This document shows positions 25,382 through 36,000 of a stretch of DNA of 64,000 nt, in pieces. Origin of the DNA: Macrostomum lignano (Eukaryota); NCBI GenBank assembly GCA_002269645.1, contig NIVC01002327.1:1-64000 (forward strand), written 5' to 3'. A model generated the notes under the pieces. It was not told the DNA's origin. It saw only the letters and a program-made list of their open reading frames with translations, and did no database searches. Position 1 is the stretch's first letter; each line of letters begins with the position of its first letter. Both the position numbers and the translations under genes were made by a program.

Positions 25382-26157
25382 TGCTTGCTGCATATAAGCT
25401 TGCCAAAGTTTGCTTGCAGGAAGTTTGCTTGCAGAAATTTGCCAATTTTCCAAGAATTGATCAAGATTTGATCTCTAATCATTCTATATACTAAATTCTT
25501 AGAATGAAACTCTATAAGCCTAGTTTGAAAGCTTAGTATCAAGTCAGTTTACATTGATGCTGATAAGAATCCACTTGCAAAGCATCTGCAGTAAGTAGTA
25601 ATTGACTGGCCAACTTCACAAGCAAGCAAACAAGAAAATAATTCAGCAAATTAAAACCTTGCAGTAGTGATTACAAACTTCTAGGAAGCAGACATCAAAA
25701 TTCTGCAAGCAAAGTTTGGCAAGCAAACTTCCCGCAAGTGCGTTGTACTCCATTTGCTGATATAACCAATGTACAGAATTGGTTGACAAAAAGCATATCA
25801 TTCTGGCCACCACAGTTGCCAGACCTAACCCCCCTAGACTTTGCCATATGAGTGCATATATGAGAGGTGTCCCAAAAGTTCCCAGAATGTTTGTTCTAGC
25901 TCCTTAGTACCTTGACCATTTTTTTATATTTTACCTATCAAACTAATGATAATTTAAAAAAAAACTTGTCATTTGAATTTCCCTTTTATTTAGTTTCAGT
26001 TGAGAGTTACACTAGGAAATGTGAAGGAAGGTTAATATTAATGCTACATAACCTCAAATGTCTATGGTGTCCTTTTTCCATTATCATTTTTTGCAAAAGT
26101 TAACTTTAAATTTGTCAAAAAGATGTGGAAATGTCTATGGATTAAACCAATTAAATT

Positions 26158-26581
26158 GCTAATCAGATCTAGTGGTGCTAGCACTTGCTTATTCTATACC
26201 AAGCGCTTGCTTTTGGCTAAAGATTTAATGATGTAGTTCTCACCAGAGCCTTGAGAGTCAACGGAGTCAAGTTTTCACCCTGTGGGGATGGCTGGAGTGT
26301 GGCTACCTGGTCATTCAAATTGGACTGGCCATATTTGAACTATTGGATTCATCCTCAAATAGCTGTTTTCCTAATGCTGTTCTCACTATGGATTTAGAGA
26401 AGATGATTAGCAATTTTGGCTCCACTCTATACTGCAGGGCAGACCACAGAGCAACAACTTGACTCTGCTGACTCTCAAGGCTATAGAGAGAACTCATCTT
26501 TAGGTCTTTAGCTAAAAGCAAGCACTTGGTATGGAATAAGCAAGTGCTACATGTACAGTAGCACCACTAGATCTAATTAGC
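26158..26581. mobile_element. Fold-back/MITE-like element with ~120-bp inverted arms
   Basis: Arms 26158-26273 and 26457-26581 align by eye at roughly 85% identity plus one 11-nt insertion. Confidence 0.7.
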
Positions 26582-26887
26582 ATTATATCAAATGGCTTAT
26601 TTTTCAATATCAATCTTCATTATGCTTGTTCACAATGCCATTTATTGTTGTCACTGTCCATTATATATTATAATGCCGATTTCCAAATTGCTTATATATT
26701 TATATTTAATTTTATGAGGTAGATAGAAGTTTGTCTTATTATTATTTTATCAATGCATAATCTGGAATCTAATATACCAACAATAATAATCATGTTTTCA
26801 GCTGAATTAGTTCACCAGCTCAAGCAATAATAAATCAATCATCATTATTGATTAAGGATCAAGTTTAACCCATATAGCAAACACAAA

Positions 26888-29800
26888 ATGCCATCTAACG
26901 GTGACGTGCAGAGCAGCGTGATTCGTATGCGCGGCCTACCCTTCGATGTAACCCCGGAGACTATTGTTGAATTCTTCGAAGGCTGCGCTGTGAAAGATGG
27001 CCAAAAAGGCGTCCATCTGACCCGCGACGGACTCGGCCGGCCGTCCGGCGAGGCCTACGTGGAATTTGACACAGTTGACGACGCTAAATCGGCTATGCAA
27101 TTCGACCGGAAGCACATTGGCAAGCGCTACGTTGAACTGTTTCCGTCTAATGAGAACGAGATGAAATTTGTGCTGCCCAGGTCCGGCTCGGATTCCTCGC
27201 TGCGCGAGCCCGTGCTGCGCATGCGCGGCCTGCCATTCTCGGCCGATTTCGCCTCTATTAGAGAGTTCTTCCACGGCTACACTATTGTGAAGGACGGCAT
27301 ACTGATGGTCTATAACGATAGCGGCAAGCCGTCTGGCGAGGCCTACGTGCAGTTCACCGCTCCTGACGTTGCTATGCGAGCAATGTCTAAAAACAAGGAG
27401 AATATGGGCCACCGTTATATTGAGCTGTTCCCCAGCTCTATGGGCGAGGCCTATGCTGAGGCTAATAGGCAGCAGAGTTTGCAGCAGATGTACTCGGGCG
27501 GTGAGTTATTTCTTTATCGTTTTTTGTTTCTTATCATGTTTTTTGCATATCGCTGCTGTTATGGTTAGTGAATCACATTGTGTATCTATCAACTGAATTA
27601 TACACGGCATCTACTCGCATAGTTTGCGATGCGATCAAAGTATTGCTGGAAATGGCTAATCGATTGGTTGGTTGGATATGGTCTGTCAGGTAAGTGGTTC
27701 CGCGCGTTCGTTTCAATTGATAATCTGGCTGGATTTTCATGGTCATGCGGAGAGGTTGGGTTGGAGCCTGGTTGTGCCGGTTGACTTGTTTATTGGTTAG
27801 TTGGTTTAATTGGATTGGATAAATTGATTGGTTTGGACACTTGGTTGGATTGGATATGCCACATGGTTGGTTGGATTGGCCACATGGTTGAATTGGATAT
27901 GCCACATGGTTGGTTGGATTGGCCACATGGTTGGTTGGATTGGCCACATGGTTGGTTGGATTGGCCACATGGTTGGTTGGATTGGCCACATGGTTGGTTG
28001 GATTGGCCACATGGTTGGTTGGATATGCCACATGGTTGGTTGGATTGGCCACATGGTTGGTTGGATTGGCCACATGGTTGGTTGGATTGGCCACATGGTT
28101 GGTTGGATTGGCCACATGGTTGGTTGGATTGGCCACATGGTTGGATTGGCCACATGGTTGGTTGGATTGGATTGAATAAATGGATTGGATTAGACACTTG
28201 GTTGGATTGGATTGGCCACGGTGGTTGGTGGTTGGATTGGATTGGCCACATGGTTTGTTGGATTGGATTGGATTGGCCACGGTGGTTGTTGGTTGGATTG
28301 GATTGCCCTCCTGGTTGAATGCACAATGCTCCTCGACTGGGCACTCTGCAGCAGTTTTATATGGCAGTATAATATAATTAATAAAGCAGCTCACTCGCCC
28401 GTCCCATCCCCACTCGAACTGTTATTGTAAACAATATAATAACTACTTGCAGACTATGCGGGCATCGGTGCCTACGGAGATTATCAACAGCCAGGTGTTG
28501 GTTATGCGGGCCCCCCTGGTTATCCTGGCGGACCAATGGCAATGGGTGGCCGGGTGGCGGGCGGCCCAATGCGGGGCGGGCCTCGGGCCGGTGGGCCCAT
28601 GCCAATGCGGCCGGGTCTGGGCAGGCCCAGTCCGTATCAGGCTGGGCCGCCAGCGGGCAGGCGGTTCGGGTCATCGGGCAAGCCGGGTAGTGATTGGGCA
28701 TCGCGCACTGGCTACTGGGTGCATATGCGCGGCCTGCCCTATTCCGCTACTGAGCAGGAGATTGCCGAATTTTTCGCCCCTCTGAGCATTGCTCACGTGG
28801 AATTGCACTATAACGCGGCCGGTTTGCCCAGCGGCGAAGCTGACGTGGACTTTTACAACGGCGAGGACGCCGCCTCGGCCATGGCTAAGGATAAGCAGCA
28901 CATGGGCCCGCGTTATATTGATTTGTTTCTGCACCAGGCTCCGGATAGCGGCGCCGGCCCAGTCGGATTTGGCAACGGCGGCGGCGGCGTGCCCGGCCTC
29001 ATGCCTGGCGGCGGCGGCGGATTTGGTGGCGCCGCAGCTGGCGCTGGCTTCGGCGGCCCCATGGGCGTAGCTCCGCGTGGCGCCTTCCGCGGCGGCATGG
29101 GTGGCGGCGGCGGCATGGGACGAGGTGGCGGGGCTTTTAAGGTGAGCAATCGATTATAATTTGAGCATTTTTGTGCCAATAATAACTGCTTTGGCGGCTA
29201 CTGCAAGTGGCGCTCTCTCCTGCAGATAGTGGCATTCTTTGGATGCTTATTGCATCTTACATAGTACTCATTGGAGTAGCTAATGAAGCTCATTGGAGTA
29301 GCTAGTGATGCTCATTGGAGTAGCTAGTGATGCTCATTGGAGTAGCTAGTGATGCTCATTGGAGTAGCTAGTGATGCTCATTGGAGTAGCTAGTGATGCT
29401 CATTGGAGTAGCTAGTGATGCTCATTGGAGTAGCTAGTGATGCTCATTGGAGTAGCTAGTGATGCTCATTGGAGTAGCTAGTGATGCTCATTGGAGTAGC
29501 TAGTGATGCTCATTGGAGTAGCTAGTGATGCTCATTGGAGTAGCTAGTGATGCTCATTGGAGTAGCTAGTGATGCTCATTGGAGTAGCTAGTGATGCTCA
29601 TTGGAGTAGCTAGTGATGCTCATTGGAGTAGCTAGTGATGCTCATTGGAGTAGCTAGTGATGCTCATTGGAGTAGCTAGTGATGCTCATTGGAGTAGCTA
29701 GTGATGCTCATTGGAGTAGCTAGTGATGCTCATTGGAGTAGCTAGTGATGCTCATTGAAGTAGCTAGTGATGCTCATTGGAGTAGCTAGTGATGCTCATT

Positions 29801-30855
29801 GGAGTAGCTAGTGATGCTCATTGGAGTAGCTAGTGATGCTCATTGGAGTAGCTAGTGATGCTTATTAAAGTAGCTGGAATCCCACTGAAATTTCAGCTGC
29901 ACCTGCGCGGCCTGCCCTGGTCAGCCGGCGAGCGGGAGATTGTCAACTTTTTCTATCCGCTGCAGCCGGCCAGAGTCAATGTGCTGCCAGACGCAAGCGG
30001 CCGGAGCTCCGGCGAAGCGGATGTGTTCTTTAATACTGCCGACGAGCAGCAGAAAGCTCTGGCTCGCAACGGCGATTGCCTTGGTGAGCTAGCTGGGATT
30101 GCGTTAGGGTTTGAGCAGTGATGGGCTAAGATTTGAGCAGTGACGGGTATTAGGGTTTGAGCATTGGTGGGTGTTAGGGTTTGAGCATTGGTGGGTGTTA
30201 GGGTTTGAGCAGTGACGGGTATTAGGATTTGAGCATTGGCGGGTGCTAGGGTTTGAGCAGTGACGGGTATTAGGGTTTGAGCATTGGTGGGTGTTAGGGT
30301 TTGAGCAGTGACGGGTATTAGGGTTTGAGCATTGGCGGGTGTTAGGGTTTGAGCAGTGACATGGGTGTTAGGGTTTGAGCAGTGACATGGGTGTTAGGGT
30401 TTGAGCAGTGACGGGTATTAGGGTTTGAGCATTGGTGGGTGTTAGGGTTTGAGCAGTGACGGGTATTAGGGTTTGAGCATTGGCGGGTGTTAGGGTTTGA
30501 GCAGTGACGGGTATTAGGGTTTGAGCATTGGCGGGTGTTAGGGTTTGAGCACTGACATGGGTGTTAGGGTTTGAGCAGTGACGGGTTTTAGGGTTTGAGC
30601 ATTGGTGGGTGTTAGGGTTTGAGCAGTGACGGGTATTAGGGTTTGAGCAGTGATGAGATAAATTTTGAGCAGTCACGTGACACGTGACAGTTTTGTGTTG
30701 AATTTTTACGTCTGGTTCAGCAGTGTTGACTTCAGACTTTCTGTACAGATTAATACATGGATTTAATAGGCTCAGATCTACTCGCGTACATTGTGCACTT
30801 TAAACAAAAAAACATTCCAGGCACCCGCTACATTGAGATTTTCCTCCGCTACTGA
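26888..30855 (+). CDS. hnRNP F/H (GRSF1/glorund family) RNA-binding protein with four qRRMs, 4 exons, about 507 aa
   Basis: Exons 26888-27500, 28453-29141, 29897-30083 and 30821-30855 (intron phases 1,0,1 all consistent). Four RGLP(F/Y/W)...G..SGEA.V.F...RY(V/I)(E/D)(L/I)F modules with Gly/Pro/Met-rich linkers. The paralog cannot be assigned. Confidence 0.93.
27841..28310. repeat. 21-bp minisatellite (GGTTGGTTGGATTGGCCACAT), hnRNP intron 1
   Basis: Read directly; edges degenerate. Confidence 0.93.
29267..29862. repeat. 22-bp minisatellite (CTCATTGGAGTAGCTAGTGATG), about 27 near-identical copies, hnRNP intron 2
   Basis: Read directly. Confidence 0.97.
30104..30652. repeat. 24-bp TTAGGG-containing minisatellite, about 23 copies, hnRNP intron 3
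   Basis: Alternating units TTAGGGTTTGAGCAGTGACGGGTA and TTAGGGTTTGAGCATTGGTGGGTG. Confidence 0.95.
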
Positions 30856-31614
30856 GTGACTCGTGCTCACGCAGCCACGGTGACGTAGACTTAAAAAAGC
30901 AAAACAATTTCTTTTTGTAAAACTTGCAATTCTAATATAACTTTTCTTTTGTTACATAATCATACAATTCCCTAATTGTTGTTGTAACTGTTTATAATGC
31001 TTTTAGTTTAACAATATTCATAATTCAATTGTCCCAAATTATAGTAGCCGACTTTGCCCGGTAATTACAGTTGTGTGTTCAGGGTAGACAAGCTAAGGGT
31101 AAGCTATTAATAACCAATGTTTATTTATCTATTCTAATGTTGCACAATTTATCCCCACTACCGTTGTGTGTACAGGTCTTGTCTGTCTGTTCTGGCAATT
31201 TTCCAGCTTATCCATATTTAGCCTGCTTATTTTTTGTTCATGTATTATTCAGTGTTTTTATATCAGCTTCAGTCCTTTGTCTAAATTAATCTTGTGGGTA
31301 AGTTAAATTAATATCAAAATTAGCGAACTCTGCATCATTTCTGCTATACAGGAAATTTAGTAATTTCATTAAGGTACGCCGGCACCTTTGTTCTCACTCT
31401 AGTAGCTAGCTGTCTAAAATTCACTCCTTCAGCTCGCTTCGCAACCGTTTCTTGCGCTTTTTTCTATTGTTCAGCTTTTTGTTGTTGAAACACTCGTCTG
31501 ACAAAAAGCAGAAATACAAAAACGACTGCGTTCCGCAAATTGCACCTCAGCGTTCTGCTCCACTGATGTCTCATTGTAGTTGTTTTGCCATTTGTTCAGG
31601 ACAGACTCTGAGTA

Positions 31615-32918
31615 GACAGTAAACAGGGCAGGATAGACTGTAAACAGGACAGGATGGACTGTAAACAGGACAGGATAGACTGTAAACAGGGCATGATAGG
31701 CAGTAAACAAGACAGGGTAGGCAGTAAACAGGACAGGATAGACTGTAAACAAGACAGGGTAGGCTGTAAACAGGACAGGATGGACTGTAAACAGGACAGG
31801 ATAGACTGTAAACAGGACAGGATGGACTGTAAACAGGGCAGGATGGACTGTAAACAGGACAGGATGGACTGTAAACAGGCCAGGATAGACTGTAAACAGG
31901 ACAGGATAGACTGTAAACAGGACAGGGTAGGCAGTAAACAGGGCAGGATAGGCATTAAACAGGAGGATAGGCTGTAAACAGGACACGATAGGCTGTAAAC
32001 AGGACAGGATAGACTGTAAACAGGGCAGGACAGGCAGTAAACAGGACAGGATGGACTGTAAACAGGGCAGGATAGACTGTAAACAGGGCAGGATGGACTG
32101 TAAACAGGGCAGGATGGACTGTAAACAGGGCAGGATGGACTGTAAACAGGGCAGGATAGACTGTAAACAGGACAGGATAGACTGTAAACAGGGCAGGACA
32201 GGCAGTAAACAGGACAGGATGGACTGTAAACAGGGCAGGACAGGCAGTAAACAGGACAGGATGGACTGTAAACAGGGCAGGATAGACTGTAAATAGGGCA
32301 GGATAGACTGTAAACAGGACAGGGTAGGCAGTAAACAGGACAGGATAGACTGTAAACAGGGCAGGACAGGCAGTAAACAGGACAGGATGGACTGTAAACA
32401 GGGCAGGATAGACTGTAAATAGGGCAGGATAGACTGTAAACAGGACAGGGTAGGCAGTAAACAGGACAGGATAGACTGTAAACAGGGCAGGATAGACTGT
32501 AAACAGGGCAGGATAGACTGTAAATAGGGCAGGACAGGCAGTAAACAGGGCAGGATAGACTGTAAACAGGGCAGGATAGACTGTAAATAGGGCAGGACAG
32601 GCAGTAAACAGGGCAGGATAGACTGTAAACAGGGCAGGATAGACTGTAAACAGGACAGGATAGACTGTAAACAGGGCAGGACAGGCAGTAAACAGGACAG
32701 GATGGACTGTAAACAGGGCAGGACAGGCAGTAAACAGGACAGGATGGACTGTAAACAGGGCAGGATAGACTGTAAATAGGGCAGGACAGGCAGTAAACAG
32801 GGCAGGATAGACTGTAAACAGGACAGGATAGACTGTAAACAGGACAGGATAGACTGTAAACAGGGCAGGACAGGCAGTAAACAGGACAGGATGGACTGTA
32901 AACAGGACAGGATGGACA
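31615..32918. repeat. 21-bp minisatellite (TGTAAACAGGACAGGATAGAC), about 62 copies, upstream of AP5Z1
   Basis: Read directly. Confidence 0.96.
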
Positions 32919-33019
32919 GAGTACTGACTGGATTACAAACATGCAGGCTCAATCGCACCAGGCCGCTGTTTCTAATATTCCAGCAGCGCCACTGAGCCAA
33001 CATAGGCTAAGCCAGCAGC

Positions 33020-36000
33020 ATGAACCGCACAGCCTACGAGGCCCAGATTCGTCAGGCCGAATCGGTCAGCCTTCGCGAACTCGAATTGCTGCTCAGCCGG
33101 CACGATGAGGCATTCGAATTCGCTGCCGACGGCACTGGCGTTGATCTGCCAGATTTGAACAGCCTGCTGCACCGGCTGCGCGCTCGGTACGCCGTGGCCG
33201 GCCTGTGCGACCTGGCGCCTAACCAGCTCCGCATGACTGTGCGTCTCATTGCCCGGGTAGCAACTGTTGCTGGGCAGCCGAAACAGCCGCAGCAACGCTT
33301 CATCTTTGCCAAAGAGGCCGCTGGAGCTTTGCTTGACACTTTAATTGATTATTATTTCGATGGCCGGCGGTCAGCTTTTTTTGAGGCTCATCGGCAGGCG
33401 ATGTCAGCCGCTTTGGACGCCGCGGCTGGCGAACTCCTGGGCCTGCTGCGCTCCTCCGACTGCCTGACCGCTGGTGAGATTTTCATTAATTTAGTCACGG
33501 CAGCCATCCTCCAGCAACAGTCGCAGGGGCCTCTGTAGCTGGCGCCCCCTCTGTAGCTGGCGCCCCCTCTGTAGCTGGCGCCCCCTCTGTAGCTGGCGCC
33601 CCCCTGTAGCTGGCGCCCCCTCTGTTGCTGGCGCCCCCCTGTAGCTGGCGCCCCCTCTGTAGCTGGCGCCCCCTCTGTAGCTGGCGCCCCCTCTGTAGCT
33701 GGCGCCCCCTCTGTAGCTGGCGCCCCCTCTGTAGCTGGCGCCCCCCTGTAGCTGGCGCCCCCTCTGTAGCTGGCGCCCCCTCTGTAGCTGGCGCCCCTCT
33801 GTAGCTGGCGCCCCCTCTGTAGCTGGCGCCCCTCTGTAGCTGGCGCCCCCTCTGTAGCTGGCGCCCCCTCTGTAGCTGGCGCCCCCTCTGTAGCTGGCGC
33901 CCCCTCTGTAGCTGGCGCCCCCTCTGTAGCTGGCGCCCCCTCTGTAGCTGGCGCCCCTCTGTACTGTAGCTGTGCCCCCTCTGTACTGTAGCTGTGCCCC
34001 CTCTGTACTGTAGCTGGCGCCCTCTGTACTGTAGCTGTGCCCCCTCTGTACTGTAGCTGGCGCCCTCTGTACTGTAGCTGGCGCCCTCTGTACTGTAGCT
34101 GGCGCCCTCTGTACTGTAGCTGTGCCCCCTCTGTACTGTAGCTGGCGCCCTCTGTACTGTAGCTGGCGCCCCTCTGTAGCTGTGCCCACTCTGCTGCTGG
34201 GCTCTAGCTCGCGCCCCCTAGCTTTGCCTCCTGTACGTTTTAGGGAATCTATTTGCACCTAACTGCACCTACACAATGAAACGCCTATTCAATTTCGCAG
34301 CCTCAGCCGAATCGCTAATTGGGCAGGCGACTCGCGAGCTGTCAAGTCCGCAGGGTGGCGGCGAGCGGGCCAGCCCGGCGAGGCGGCTACAGTGCTTGGC
34401 CTTTCTCACTCGCCTAGCCGACGCTTGTCGCCAGCAAAAGCAGCAGAAGCAAGCGTCATCGTTGTTGCTATCTGACGATCGCCTGCACGCCTGCCTGTGC
34501 GCCTTGGTTGACATCCTTCGCTGGCCTGGCCGCGCCTGGCTCTCCGGCGAGTTCGGCGGCGGCGGCGGCTCGCCCGCATCGGCTGTCGGCGGCGTCAGCG
34601 CTGCCTCGGCGGCTGCAGTGACGGAGGTTGACGGGCAGCCAGTTGGTCAGCAGGTTGGTCAGCAGTTTCTCACCTGCGCACATCAGGTAATTGGGGGAGT
34701 GTGGGGAAGGGATATTATCAAATTATTTAGTTCGCATTATTCAACAAATTCCAATTGTTGGTGCTTTCTATCGGACGCGCAAGAAATGTTACTAACAGTA
34801 GTGTACTGGCGCTCTGACGTGGCCTTTTTCCCCACAGTTCCCGCACTGGAACCCCGACTTGGAGTTAAGCCACGCCGCTTTCTCCGTTCTCCGACGCTGG
34901 CTGCTCTGCCTGCTGGAATGCAGCAGCCCGGCCGGCGTCGCCCGCACCGGGCTGGCCGGGAAATCGGACTTGCACAGCCTGTGCTGGCAGCTGCTGGATC
35001 AGTGCGAGAGAAAACCGGCTGCTCAAGCCGACGCCGAGTCCGTTATGCCCGCCCTGCTCAATGAGACTGCCGAACTGGCCTCTCTATTGTGCCGCCTGGA
35101 CTCCGGCCTGCTGGCCAGGTATTTCACCCGGATGGAGGGTCTCTACGCCCAGCTGCTTGGACCGGCGCCTCCGCCTGCGCAGGTTTGTTGCGTTGAATAA
35201 TAAGCCAAAGTTGTCGGACAGTTAGGGAGCGGCTAAAGTGACCGGCCAGTAGGGAGCGGCCAGTAGGTTGCGGCCAGTAGGGGAGCGGCCAGTAGCGAGC
35301 GGCTAAAGTGGCCGAATAGTAGTGAGCGGCTAAAGTGACCGAATAGTAGTGAGCGGCTAAAGTGACCGAATAGTACATGTAGGGAGCAGCTAAAGTGACC
35401 GGCCAGTAGGGAGCGGCTAAAGTGACCGGCCAGTAGGGAGCGGCTAAAGTGACCGGCCAGTAGGGAGCGGCTTAAAAGTGACCGGTCAGTAGGGAGCGGC
35501 TAAAGTGACCGGTCAGTAGGGAGCGGCTAAAGTGACCGGTCAGTAGGGAGCGGCTAAAGGGACCGGCCAGTAGGGAGCGGCTAAAGTGACCGGCCAGTAG
35601 GGAGCGGCTAAAGTGACCGGTCAGTAGGGAGCGGCTAAAGTGACCGGCCAGTAGGGAGCGGCTAAAGTGACCGGCCAGTAGGGAGCGGCTAAAGTGACCG
35701 GTCAGTAGGGAGCGGCTAAAGTGACCGGCCAGTAGGGAGCGGCTAAAGTGACCGGCCAGTAGGGAGCAGCAAAACTTTCAGCGGCCAAATCTATCTTCTC
35801 TGAATTTCAAGTCGGCCTGGTCTGCTTGTGCCATTATCGCTGTGTTAGTATTTTATGTAAAAAAATCATAACAGTGGTAATTTGCTAATGTGAATTCACC
35901 CATTCCACAGTCGGCAACGCTGCACGTGACACTGGCAAGATTTTTATTAACTCACCACGCCAGCGTTGGCAAAGACGCTCCGCAATTCCTCGCGCCGCTG

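Noticed and set aside
31471-33003. 510-aa and 448-aa Cys/Leu-rich repeat ORFs
   Set aside because: Products of the 21-bp array read on the minus strand; no domain content.
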